NCBI RefSeq assembly: GCF_006345805.1
Contig: NC_043004.1
Coordinates: 99,014,001 to 99,078,000 of the forward strand
Direction of reading: 5' to 3'
DNA from: Octopus sinensis
Lineage: Eukaryota
DNA: 64,000 nt
Below are positions 1 through 12,631 of this stretch, in pieces. The position numbers were made by a program, and so were the translations under genes. The notes below the pieces were generated by a model. It was not told where the DNA came from. It did no database searches and saw only the letters and a program-made list of their open reading frames with translations. The stretch's first letter is position 1, and each line of letters begins with the position of its first letter.

Positions 1-744
1 ATCAAAAAGGTCACACCTACAGAAAAATGAGGTGTTCTCTGAAAACATTTGAGAGCATAGATACATGTGGAAGTACCTTGAATATAGGGAACTGATGTAG
101 GGAGAGATATAATGATAGTCCCGCAGAATATGGATACATATATGGGGGCTTTTAATTTTGAGGGTAGGTGCAGGTATTCAAATACATACATACAGGTAAT
201 GAAAGGTGAGGATCATGTAATTAGGCAAATGCAGTTCTGCATTCTTTCTGTCAATTAAACACCAATCAGAACGTCACTCTGATTTTATAATGGAAACCAT
301 TTGGCCTTTATGGTGCACAGCAGGATCATTCTTGGACCATAAGGGTGTAATGTGATCTGATTAACAAATCATCACGATTGTACCCATATACTCATTTTTG
401 TTGTCGTTTAGCACAAATCAGTTCTGAATGAGCTTTAACTGTGATGAAAAGCATTGCAGTCCATAACGATCTTCGTATTTTTCATCCAATGTGATTTCCA
501 CTTGAAGATGACACAATGTGATTTGTGAAAGATTCCGTTATATTTTCTTACTCTTTTTTAGCAGGTTAAACAATAGTGGAGATCCTCTCGTTGGTATAGA
601 TTACTATGTTGGCTTGCATATGATCTGAGATTTATTTCAGTTGAAAGCTAAAATAATTGAGGTAATGAAGAATATAATATTCTTTCCCAAAACTCTTAAT
701 GACACAAAACTTGTGCCGTTGAGTTCAAATATTTTATCTATATA

Positions 745-1133
745 CTAGCAGTATTGCCTGGCGTTGCTCGGGTTTGTTTCGACCATTTAGAATTGAAATT
801 ATTAAAAAGTAAAAATTTTGCATTATGTAGCTTGCTACTCTCTTTAAGTGAACATTTTTCTGGTTGAAATACACTGGAAAATGGTGACACAGCAATCAAA
901 AATCGTAAAAAATCGGGATTTTCATAGAAAAAAAGCACCCTTTTGATGTAAATAATTTTTGGTCTTAACATGGTCTGATTTGAATTTTATCTTCTATGGA
1001 ATGAAGAGCAAGCCTTCTTCTATCATACTCTCAACTTTGGTCAACTTGCGCCACAGAGTCTCAGAGGAGATAGTTTTAGTTGAAGGCTACCAAACCTGCC
1101 ACACACAGACAACTTCAGCTTTATATATAGAGA
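745..1133 (-). mobile_element. Non-autonomous Helitron, subfamily 1
   Basis: Minus strand starts A|TCTCTATATATAAAG and ends CCCGAGCAACGCCAGGCAATACTGCTAG|T: TC...CTAG termini, inserted between A and T, no TSD. The 3' 30 bp are shared with the copies at 22262 and 37205. Confidence 0.8.
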
Positions 1134-1711
1134 TTAGATAAAATATTTATCTATCTTGCTTCACCTGATTCGTATTCTGTCATGTTTTCATGATATTTTT
1201 CAAATACTTTTTATATGTGGTTGCTTCAGAAGAGGAAAGACAAAACTCACAACATTTTACTAAGCATCTGTGATTGGTAGTTAACAAGATGGAAACTGTT
1301 CTCAAACCAGAGTACTAGCCTAAATGAGGTAACAAAATTCATAGAACTAAAGGCAACCAGGGTCATATAGTGGTGTTAAAATAGACAAAAATATTTATGT
1401 CTACCAGCCAGGAACCAGAATTGTAATGCCAAAAGTTTTAAACTAAAAAAAGAAAAAACACATTTTTTTCCCCTTGAATCGAATATTGGTTTGGTCTAAT
1501 ATGATGTCGCTTTGGGAGATACTCTGATACGAATTGTGAACAACTAATTAAAAACGGGTACATTCAATTAAGTGTATCAAATGTACAACAAAACACAGAA
1601 TAATTTGTGTAAAGGCAGTGGCTGTTTGTTTAAACTGGTTATAAACATACTTGTTAGCATGATACCTTTGATTAGGTCTGTGATTAAATCTGAGGAGAAA
1701 AAAATCACTCC

Positions 1712-1712
1712 T

Positions 1713-1748
<36 letters not shown>

Positions 1749-1849
1749 ACTCTCACACACACACACATACGCACATACGCACAGTCATACAAACAAGTAT
1801 GCAAACATACATTCACATGCATATATATGTATGTATGTATATATGTATG

Positions 1850-1930
<81 letters not shown>

Positions 1931-1979
1931 CATACATATATCTTATTTACACACGCACATATATATTCAGTTAACAGAT

Positions 1980-2015
<36 letters not shown>

Positions 2016-2062
2016 GATATATATAAGAGTATGTGAGTTTACATATATGGGTGTGTGTGTGT
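1712..2062. repeat. Compound (CT)n/(CA)n/(TA)n microsatellite
   Basis: Directly visible dinucleotide runs. Confidence 0.95.
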
Positions 2063-2879
2063 ATTTGTGTGTACCCTTTGATGAAGAAATCAATGTACTC
2101 ATACACTCAGTAGCTTATTTAGAAACTAGAAACACAGACAAACGTAACTACTTTGGTAGTTAAATTTACACAGGAATAGATATACCTAGCCTTGCACTAA
2201 AACAATGTTTTTGGTTATAAGCCCCGAAGTGAACATACAGGTCTGACAACTGAAATAGGATTATAATTTAGAAGCAGTTGGCTCTCATTCAGCTTTGCTG
2301 CTGTCAATACCACATGTGCTTTCTCAATTAGACTGTTTATGAGCCTGCAAGGTAGCATGAATGTAATCATGCAACTATCTAGAATTAGCTGTGAAATCTC
2401 TCTCCAGCCACAACCAGCTTTGTTAAAAAGATTGGAAAGGTCATTCTTTGGATGGTTTTGATCATAGGTTTACCCACTAATATCTGACCTGTGACCTGGC
2501 AGCTTGTCCGCTATCAACGTGTCTCGTGATTATTTTGTGACTATGAGAGAGAATTACAGGGAAGAAACTTACCAGAGATAGGGCTAGGGAAGGGAAATGA
2601 TGGAAGGGAAAGGGCAAAGTGAAAGTGAAAGTAGAGTGAGAAAGAGAGAAAAATGTTAGGATGGAGGGTGGTTTAGTAGGATGAGATGTAGCGCTAACCT
2701 ATGTTTATAGATGGGTAGATAAAGTGGTGCTTGGAGACAAAATAAGATGGAAGAGGGTAACAGGATGGATAAGTAAAAGTATTGTCAGGGAATTAGTGAG
2801 AGGGAATCAGTGATAAGAATGGTGAGGAAGGAGGAGAAGATTTGAGTAGGAGGTGATGCAGGGCTGCTCTCCATTACAT

Positions 2880-3070
2880 ATAGGTGAGTTGAGAGGTGTG
2901 GAGGAGATGAGGATGAGGGTAAGGGCATATTCTCAAGAACTGTGATTTCCTAAGTTGAAAACCTCAGAGTCAATGACAAAAAGAACATCGGTCTGTAAAA
3001 CTTGGATCATCAGATACTGTCAAACTGTCCAATTCATTATAGCATAGAAAATGGATTTTAATTGATGAGA
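2880..3070 (+). mobile_element. Degraded RTE-like LINE 3' end
   Basis: Purine-rich decayed coding-like stretch ending TCAAACTGTCCAATTCATTATAGCATAGAAAATGGATTTTAATTGATG, which resembles the family C SINE tail followed by GAT repeats. Confidence 0.4.
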
Positions 3071-3283
3071 TGGGTGGGTCAGGATGAGAGTGATGATGAT
3101 GATAATGATGATGATGGTGGTGGTGGTGAGGGAGATGCTTGCTTGAAAGTGCAAAGGTGGGTTTACTGCATGCATGTGATCTGGTGTTAATAGTAAAGAG
3201 TATGGATGGATTGGCGGAGAAGGTGAATAGTTGGGAGAAATATATGGAGGTATGGAAGCAAATGGTTTGAATATGGTATGGGT

Positions 3284-3490
3284 TTCAAATTTTGACACAA
3301 CACCAGCAGATTCATGGGAGGGAATAAGTCGATTACATCAACCCCCAGTATTCAACTGGTACTTATTTTATAGGATCTGAAAGGGTGAAAAGCAAAGTTG
3401 ACCTTCATAGGATTTGAACTCAGAACATAAAGACAGACGAAATGTTGCAAAGTATTTTGTCTTGCACTGGAATGATTCTGCCAGTTTACC
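3284..3490 (-). mobile_element. SINE family B, old copy
   Basis: Matches family B motifs (AAGTCGATTACATC, CTGGTACTTATTT, GATTTGAACTCAGAAC). Confidence 0.75.
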
Positions 3491-3615
3491 ATCTTGTGTT
3501 AGAATATGATAGTGAAAACACAAAAAAAAAACTGATGGTATGTGGTGAAGTAGAAAGAATTAGGGAATGGCCCAGTGGTAGTGTATAAGAAAGGTGTCGA
3601 AGTGCACTGGGTGAA

Positions 3616-3843
3616 TCATCATCATCACCACCACCACCATCATTATCATCATCACCATCATCATCACCACCACAACCACCACCACCACCACCACCACCAT
3701 CCTCATCACCATCACCATCATCATCACCACCACCACCACCATCATCTTCATCATCATCATCATCACTATCATCATCATCACCACCCCACCACCACTACCA
3801 CCACCACCACCACCACCACCACCACCACCATCATCATCATCAT
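3616..3843. repeat. (CAT/CAC)n trinucleotide array, expanded tail of a family C SINE
   Basis: Runs directly into CATTTAACATCCGTTGTCCATGCTGGCATGGG, the SINE C 3' end in reverse. Confidence 0.9.
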
Positions 3844-4060
3844 TTAACATCCGTTGTCCATGCTGGCATGGGTTGGATGGTTTGACCAGCACTGGCAAGC
3901 TGGGGAGCTGCATCAGACTCCAGTCTGATTTGGCATGGTTTTTTTTAATGGCTGGATTCCCTTCCGAAAGCCAACCACTGTACAGAGTGTGCTAAGGGAT
4001 TTTACATGGCACAGCACAAGTGCTTTTAGGTGGCACCACAAATATATGAATGTGCCTCGA
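3830..4060 (-). mobile_element. SINE family C
   Basis: CATGCTGGCATGGGTTGGATGG...GCTGGATTCCCTTCC...TGGCAC motifs shared with other family C copies. Confidence 0.8.
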
Positions 4061-4064
4061 TTTA

Positions 4065-5870
4065 AATGTAAAGGGAGTGTAAAGGAAGCTGTAAATGGTG
4101 ACTCTTGGAAATGGAATGAAATGGGCAAAAGAAAAAGATGTAGTTGCTTAGAAGACATGTTAAACAATGGATTAGACTTAACAAGGGTCACTAGAGTGAG
4201 AGGCACACAGCAGAGAGGCACACAGCAGAGAGGCACACAGGAGAGAGGTACACAGCAGAGAGGCACACAGCAGAGAGGCACACAGGAGAGAGGCACACAG
4301 CAGAGAGGCACACAGGAGAGAGGCACACAGCAGAGAGGCACACAGTAGAGAGGCACACAGCAGAGAGGCACACAGGAGAGAGGCACACAGCAGAGAGGCA
4401 CACAGCAGAGAGGCACACAGCAGAGAGGCACACAGCAGAGAGGCGCACCGCAGAGAGGCACACAGCAGAGAGGCGCACAGGAGAGAGGCACACAGCAGAG
4501 AGGCACACAGCAGAGAGGCACACAGCAGAGAGGCACACAGCAAAGAGGCACACAGCAGAGAGGAACACAGCAGAGAGGCACACAGGAGAGAGGCACACAG
4601 CAGAGAGGCACACAGCAGAGAGGCACACAGCAAAGAGGCACACTGCAGAGAGGAACACAGCAGAGAGGCACACAGCAGAGAGGCACACAGCAAAGAGGCG
4701 CACAGCAGAGAGGCACACAGCAGAGAGGCACACAGGAGAGAGGTACACAGCAGAGAGGCACACAGCAGAGAGGCACACAGGAGAGAGGCACACGGCAGAG
4801 AGGCACACAGGAGAGAGGCACACAGCAGAGAGGCACACAGTAGAGAGGCACACAGCAGAGAGGCACACAGCAGAGAGGCACACAGCAGAGAGGCACACAG
4901 CAGAGAGGCACAGCAGAGAGGCACACAGCAGAGAGGCACACAGCAGAGAGGCACACAGCAGAGAGGCACACAGCAGAGAGGCACACAGGAGAGAGGCACA
5001 CAGCAGAGAGGCACACAGGAGAGAGGCACACAGCAGAGAGGCACACAGTAGAGAGGCACACAGCAGAGAGGAACACAGCAGAGAGGCGCACAGCAAAGAG
5101 GCACACAGCAGAGAGGCACACAGCAGAGAGGCACACAGGAGAGAGGCACACAGCAGAGAGGCACACAGCAGAGAGGCACACAGCAAAGAGGCACACAGCA
5201 GAGAGGAACACAGCAGAGAGGCACACAGCTGACAGGCACACAGGAGAGAGGCACACAGCAGAGAGGCACACAGTAGAGAGGCACACAGCAGAGAGGCACA
5301 CAGCAGAGAGGCACACAGCAGAGAGGCACACAGCAGAGAGGCACACAGCAGAGAGGCACACAGCAGAGAGGTGCACAGCAAAAGTTCTAGAAACTTAATG
5401 AGGGGTTAACTTGGAGAGGAGTGTCACTGAAATTGAAGAGAAAGGTTTATGTTGCATGTGTATGAAGAAGCAGGAATTTTAGATGTGAGACATGAATATT
5501 AAATATGGAGGGGTAGAGAGGGCTGGAAAGAGTGGAAATCTAATTGTTCAGTTGATGAGCAATGTGTTGTTGTAAGAGTGAAGAAGAAGACAACGAATTG
5601 CAGAAGGTGAGGGGATAGATCCAGTGATGGATGTGAAGAGAAATTAGAAGAGAGAGCTGGACCAAATGCTGAGGTAAAACTAAAAGTGATGAGGTGAGAA
5701 GAGCGAGGAAAATGAATCTGGAAAGAAATAGAGAAGGAAAAAAACCTTGAGAAAGACATGGTGATATGATTAAAAATATGGTGACAGGGCTAAAGGTGTT
5801 AGAGGAGGAAATAAGGGCAATAGGGTTAGTGAAGGAATACATGGCGGATAGGGCAAAATGCAAAAGACAG
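4065..5870 (+). pseudogene. RTE-clade LINE ORF2 C-terminal remnant split by a minisatellite
   Basis: Left part reads CSCLEDMLNNG...VTRVR (RTE consensus like CYLGDML...VTARVR). Right part reads KF*KL...VSLKLKRKVYVACV...(G)CET...PRKTW...ADRAK, the RTE post-RT region, with stops and frameshifts. Confidence 0.65.
4198..5380. repeat. 15-bp minisatellite (GAGAGGCACACAGCA) about 79 copies
   Basis: Near-perfect tandem units with single-base variants and one 2-bp deletion near 4910. Confidence 0.98.
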
Positions 5871-6479
5871 TCACAGCTTTCAATAGTGGGAGGAAATAAC
5901 CTTAAAACACTTGTTATGTGGCTGGCTTTGAGAGATGAGGGAAACAAAATAAACAGCGAAAAGAGAAAAACAGGCATTATAAAAGTAATACAGAAAAAAA
6001 ACATAGCAAGTTTGGTTTTGAGAATGAAGGACAAACAAATGAATGAAAAGAATAACAAAAGCAAAGAAAGAAAGAAAGACTAGCTTAATAGCAGATGAGG
6101 AAAAACAAAACTGAACAACAGAAATGTAGAGAAAGAGAAAAACTATTGCACAGAAAGACAAAATTATTGGGAAAAAAAACAGACTTTTATTAGAGAAAGA
6201 AAAGAATAATAGAAATAAATAGAAAGTGAAATGATAGAAAGAAGGAAAATAGAAAAAGAAAATAGGATGAAAGACAGACTATACTGAGAAAGCCAAGTAA
6301 GACGGAAGAGAAAATGAAGGTAAAACTGTGTGTGTAAAATGTGTGTAAAAGACATTGGCAACCTGTTAGATTGAGGTTAAGTATTTCTTTGACTCAGAGT
6401 AAACAAGATTATAGCAATTTGTGCTGCAAGCCAACAGCTTAACTATACATATATGTGGGACTACAAGCCACAGAAATAC

Positions 6480-6976
<497 letters not shown>

Positions 6977-7420
6977 TTGTTGTATGTGTTTTATATATTT
7001 CCATATATTCTATACGTATGCATGCATATATGTAAGGACACTTTAAACACATGCATATGAAAAAAAATATAGCAATTTCATTGAATATCAATAATTTTTA
7101 GAATGAGCACAAACATAATTCACTGAAGAATAAGTGCATATCAATACTATTTTGTCAGTAAATATATACGTGTACATATATATATACCTGTACATATATC
7201 TGCATGCATACAATTGTGCATGGTGTTCTAAGTATACGCCCTTGATTGTATGCATTTTGTGAATGTTTGTACATAGATGTAGACAAGCATTTGTTGGTAG
7301 ATGTTCATATAGGATCATAATAATCAAGGCAAGTATATGCTGGTGTTTCTAAATGAAGCAACACTCGTTAAAAGTAACTGTTTCTTTGTGTCTACATTCG
7401 TATGAATATGATATACTCTT

Positions 7421-7820
7421 TCTCTTTTACTCTTTTACTTGTTTCAGTCATTTGACTGCGGCCATGCTGGAGCACCGCCTTTAGTCGAGCAAATCGACCC
7501 CGGGACTTATTCTTTCGTAAGCCCAGTACTTATTCTATCAGTCTCTTTTGCCGAACCGCTAAGTGACGGGGACGTAAACACACCAGCATCGGTTGTCAAG
7601 CACTTCTAGGGGGACAAACGCAGACACACAAACACATACATATATATATACATATATATGACAGGCTTCTTTCAGTTTCCGTCTACCAAATCCACTCACA
7701 AGGCATTGGTCGGCCCGGGGCTATAGCAGAAGACACTTGCCCAAGATGCCATGCAGTGGGACTGAACCCGGAACCATGTGGTTGGTAAGCAAGCTACTTA
7801 CCACACAGCCACTCCTGCAT
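7421..7820 (-). mobile_element. SINE family A (tRNA head), full length
   Basis: Reverse strand: head GCAGGAGTGGCTGTGTGGTAAG...GGTTCAGTCCC (A/B-box-like), internal (TA/TG)n, tail GGCGGTGCTCCAGCATGGCCGCAGTCAAATGACTGAAACAAGTAAAAGAG. Confidence 0.95.
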
Positions 7821-8435
7821 ATGTGTATGTATTTGTATGTTTTTCGGTGCATGTGAAATTGAGCGTAGGTGCACTTTAATACATATTCATGTTTGTATAT
7901 ACGAGTGTATCTGTCTATGTATATTTCTACATGTCTATAATTGAGAGCAAAGGAATTATATGTACGTACAATTAGTCTGTATGCGTCTTTGCGATAAAGT
8001 ATGCATATGTGTTCACTTTGGCTGTGTGCAAATGTCAGTGTGAGTACTAAGGATCCACATGTGTCTGGATGCATCTAATGGCATTTATTGAGATTATAGT
8101 TTTCATAAACAGCTCCAAGTTGTGAGGAGCTTATACGATTACCTTCAAGAAAATCTGTGCTTGTATGATTGTGTTTGTGTGTGAGTGTGTGAGTGTGCAT
8201 GTGTGTATGCACGCAAGGTGTTTGTATGTGAGTGTGTGTGTATGGATGGATGGATGGAGGTACTTATATGTATGTACATATATATATGTACACATATATA
8301 TGTATACATCTATCTTTTTGGCTGTCTATCTTTCTCTCTCTCTTTCTTTCTCACTTTCTCTTTTTTCTCTCTCTCTCTCTCTTTCTTTCTCACTTTCTCT
8401 TTCTCTCTCTCTTTCCCTCTCTCTTTCTCTCTATA

Positions 8436-8815
8436 CATCATCATCATCATCGTTTAACGTCCATTTTCTATGCTAGCATGGGTTGGATGGTTTGACTTAA
8501 GTCTGGAAAGCCAACAGCTACACCTAGCACCAATCTAATCTGGAAATGTCTCTTCAGCTGGATGCCCTTCCTAATGCCAGCCACTCTAAGAGTGTAGTGG
8601 GTGCTTTTTACGTGCCACTAGCACTGGAGCCAGCCAGGTGGGCCTGGGATTGATCACGTTTAGATAGTGCTTTTTACATGCCACCAGCACAGGATCCAGT
8701 CAGTGGGGACTAGCATCAGCCATGTTTGGATGGTGCATTTTACATGCCATCGGCATGGGAGACAGTCAGGGGTGACTGGCAACGACTTCATCCAGATGAG
8801 ATATTTTACATGACA
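8436..8815 (-). mobile_element. SINE family C, diverged
   Basis: (CAT)n-CGTTTAACGTCC tail, CTGGATGCCCTTCCTAATGCC core, degenerate internal 62-bp units. Confidence 0.85.
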
Positions 8816-8994
8816 CTGGAACCAAAATCTGACCACAGCGAAGATTTTGGTTTCACTTGACGCAACAGATCTTCTCAAACATATTTTAAAAAGTACCCTT
8901 GATTTTCCTCTTGCTTTTTCTCATGTCTCTTGCCCACTGTCTTTCTCTTTCATATTCTTGGTTTTTTTCTATCTGCCCTTATGATTAAAGCATG

Positions 8995-9036
<42 letters not shown>

Positions 9037-9059
9037 CACACACATATATATATATATAT

Positions 9060-9372
9060 GCCGGTGGCACGTAAAAAGCACCATCCATTCATGGCCATTG
9101 CCAGCCTCGCCTGGCCCCCGTGCCGGTGGCACATAAAAAGCACCATCTGATAGTGGCCGTTTGCCAGCCCTGTCTGGCACCTGTGCCGGTGGCACGTAAA
9201 AAGCACCCACTACACTCCATGAAGTGGTTGGCATTAGGAAGGGCATCCAGCCATAGAAACATTGCCAGATCAAACTGGGCCTGGTGCAGCCTTCTGGCTT
9301 CCCAGACCCCAGTTGAACTGTCCAACCCATGCTAGTATGGAAAGCGGACGCTAATCGATGATGATGATGATA
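9060..9372 (+). mobile_element. SINE family C
   Basis: GGTGGCACGTAAAAAGCACC units, GGCATTAGGAAGGGCATCCAGCC, tail ending (GAT)n. Confidence 0.9.
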
Positions 9373-9410
9373 TATATATATATACATACATACATATGTA
9401 CATGCATATA

Positions 9411-10095
9411 GGTGACGAGCTGACAGAATCGATAGCATGCTGGGCAAAATGCTTAGCTGTATTTTGTCTGTCACTACATTCTGAGTTCGAATTCCGTGAA
9501 GGTTGACTTTGCCTTTCATCCTTTCGGGTACCGTTTGTGTATGGCGGTCGATCTAACCGCTTGGCACCCTCCCCCAAAATTTCGGGCCTTGAGCCTAGAG
9601 TAGAAAAGAATATTATAAAGGTAGCAAGCTGGCAGAATCAATAGCACACTGGGTGAAATGCTTAACGGTATTTCTTCTGCCACTATGTTCTGAGTTCGAA
9701 TTCTGCTGAGGTCAACTTTGCCTTTCATCCTTTCAGTGTCAATAACTTAAGTACCAGTGAAACACTTGGGGTCGATGAAATCAACTAGTCTCCTTCCCCA
9801 AATTTCAGGCCTTGTGTGTTTAGTAGAAAGGATTATTAAAGCAATATCATTATGGGTATCATTATCGTTGTTATTAAGTCAGCAAGCTAGCAGAGTCGTT
9901 AGCACACAGGGCAAAATGCTTAGGTGCCGTTTTATCTGTTTTTACATCCTGAGTTCAAATTCTGCCAAGGTCAGCTATGCCTTTCACCTCTTTGGGATCG
10001 ATAAAAAGAGTACCATTTCAGTACTGGGGTTGATGTAATCAACTTACTCCTTTCTCCAAACTTACTGGCCATTGGGCCAAAATTTGAAACCAAGA
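9411..10095 (+). mobile_element. Three consecutive family B SINE copies (about 9411-9612, 9617-9840, 9882-10095)
   Basis: Each has GCTGGCAGAAT...AAATGCTTAG...GAGTTC(G/A)AATTC...GCCTTTCATCCTTTC. Confidence 0.85.
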
Positions 10096-10212
10096 TTTTG
10101 CTTAGGCATAGTGACCCAAATAAACTGGTGTGAGATAGAACTCAATACAGACATGCATCAAAGTGACTTGTCTTTAGTGTACTTTAGTCAAATTATTTCA
10201 TCACTACAATAT

Positions 10213-10604
10213 ACTCTTTTGCTCTTTTACTTGTTTCAGTCATTTGACTGCAGCCATGCTGGAGCACCGCCTTTAATTGAGCAACTCGACCCCAGGACTT
10301 ATTCTTTTGTAAGCCCAGTACTTATTCTATCGGTCTCTTTTGCCGAACCGCTAAGTAACGGGGACATAAGCACATCAGTATCAGTTGTCAAGCAATGTTA
10401 GGGGGACAAACACAGACACACAAACACACACACGCATATATATATATACATATATACGACGGGCTTCTTTCAGTTTCCGTCTACCAAATCCACTCACAAG
10501 GCTTTGGTCAGCCTGAGGCTATAGTAGAAGACACTTGCCCGAGGTGCCACGCAGTGGGACTGAACCTGGAACCATGTGGTTGGTAAACAAGCTACTTACC
10601 ACAC
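10213..10604 (-). mobile_element. SINE family A
   Basis: Full family A motif set in reverse. Confidence 0.95.
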
Positions 10605-10972
10605 ATTTTTCTTAAAGTTGTGGCTCACACAATCCCTTCATCTAAATCTTAACAGTATTTTTGTATTTGAGTAGATATGTGTGTGTGTCATTATCATTAT
10701 TTAAACATCCACTTTTCCATACTTCTATGAATCAAACAGAATTTATCGAAGCAGATTTTTAATGGGAAGATATCCTCTCTGTCACCACTCTTACCTGTTT
10801 CCAAGAAAAGTAATATTTCATCATAGCCAGATATCCTTCATTATCATGACTGCTACTTGGCTTCATCAAAGAATTGCCTGCTTCTCATCATTGGAGAGTA
10901 GACTTGCTATTGTGTTCTTTCTGGTTAGCATCATTACAAGTGATAAAAACTGGCTACTCTATAATTATACCT

Positions 10973-11200
10973 ATTTCTTTACTGCCCACAACGGGCTAAA
11001 CATAGAGGGACAAACAAGGACAGACAAACGGATTAAGTCAATTATATCGACCCCAGTGCATAACTGGCACTTAATTTATCGACCCCGAAAGGATGAAAGG
11101 CAAAGTCGACCTCGGCGTAATTTGAGCTCAGAACGCAACGGCAGACGAAATACCGCTAAGCATTTCGCCCGGCGTGCTAACGGTTCTGCCAGCTCGACGC
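10973..11200 (-). mobile_element. Young family B SINE with 19-bp TSD
   Basis: Flanked by the direct repeat CTACTCTATAATTATACCT at 10954-10972 and 11201-11219; CpGs largely retained. Confidence 0.95.
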
Positions 11201-11389
11201 CTACTCTATAATTATACCTGGTGATTACAACAATGGTTAGCACACAAAAAACATTAGAAAATCCTTCAACAAACTACCTAAACTAGGACTGTATCCCACC
11301 AAATTTTTATGCCCTGTATTTGGGAGGAATGATGCTCTAAAGCCAAACAAGAATAGAATAGTTTGTGCAGAGAAGAACTGTTGTCAATC

Positions 11390-11850
11390 AGAAGCATTGC
11401 ATAAAGGCTTTCAGAAAAAGTGTTCATCAGTATTCAATTGTAAAAGGGTGTTGCTCTTACACAGTAACACTATGCCACATAATGCCTGAGTAACTCATGA
11501 ATTATGCCTCTCAATATGAAAGTTTAGCCTCAGTCATGCTACACTCCTGACCTGCATTCATCTGAGGGTCATCTTTTCATATCTCTATTACATTATTTAA
11601 AGGGAGAAACAGTTTGTTATTTGTGAAGAGGTTAAAATTGATATTTAGTGTTTTTTTTTTCACACTGAAAGCTGAAGAATTCTTTGCCTGAAGGATGAAC
11701 AATTTTCCAATTACAAGGGATTATGCTATCTATAATGAGAAAAAATACTATCCTGATTAAATATATCAATTAAAACGAAAGAAGCAAATGAAGTGTTTGT
11801 CACATCTTAAACTATAATAGGACTTTCTCCCAGACAAATATATATATATT
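11390..11850 (+). pseudogene. Highly degraded mariner transposase 3' remnant
   Basis: Reads RVLLLHSNTMPH (LLHDNARPH-like) and YTPDLHSSEGHLF (YSPDLAPSDYHLF-like) with stops. Confidence 0.55.
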
Positions 11851-11892
11851 GTATATATATATATGTATGTATATGTATATATATATTTATCT

Positions 11893-12297
11893 ATAGGCGC
11901 AGGAGTGGCTGTGTGGTAAGTTTACCAACCACACGGTTCCGGGTTCAGCCCCACTGCGTGGCAACTTGGGCAAGTGTCTTCTGCTATAGCCCCGGGCCGA
12001 CCAAAGCCTTGTGAGTGGATTTGGTAGACGGAAACTGAAAGAAGCCCGTTGTATATATGTATAAATATATATATATATATATATGCGTGTGTGTGTTTGT
12101 GTGTCTGTGTTTGTCCCCCTGGCATTGCTTGACAACCGATGCTGGTGTGTTTATGTCCCCGTTACTTAGAAGTTCGGCAAAAGAGACCGATAGAATAAGT
12201 ACTGGGCTTACGAAAGAATAAGTCCCGGGGTCGAGTTGCTCGATTAAAGGTGGTGCTCCAGCATGGTCGCAGTCAAATGACTGAAAGAAGTAAAAAC
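11893..12297 (+). mobile_element. SINE family A
   Basis: ATAGGCGCAGGAGTGGCTGTGTGG head through the CAGTCAAATGACTG tail. Confidence 0.95.
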
Positions 12298-12324
12298 AAA
12301 AAAAAAAGATTTATATATATATAT

Positions 12325-12538
12325 AATCGGTGGACGCACGCAGTTGTCGAGTGGTACCCGCGTGAGTGGAAAAGACCACCCAGAAGACCTCCACGACTGT
12401 GGAGTGACGATTTCAAGAGGACGATTGGGATCACGTGGATGAGAAAGGCGCGATCCAGAGAGGAGTGGACAGCGTGCTGTGACCAGCGGTGTCAAATGGA
12501 CACCTGACGGACTGGTCAGTCAAAGTGATCAAAGTGAT
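12325..12538 (+). pseudogene. RTE LINE 3' terminal fragment (5'-truncated)
   Basis: RWTHAVVEWYPREWKRPPRRPPRLWSDD...W...ARSREEW* is the RTE ORF2 C-terminal pattern; short tandem tail (CAAAGTGAT)2. Confidence 0.8.
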
Positions 12539-12631
12539 ATGTATATATGTATAGAAAGATAGATAGATAGATAGATAAAACTTACTTGGAATTGGATGTG
12601 TGGCATTCAATCATATAGTAATATAAATAAT

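Noticed and set aside
3913-5381. Three 390-490 aa Cys-rich ORFs (VCLSA / CVPLC / CASLL repeats)
   Set aside because: They are stop-free reading frames of the 15-bp minisatellite on the minus strand, not a keratin-associated or metallothionein-like gene.
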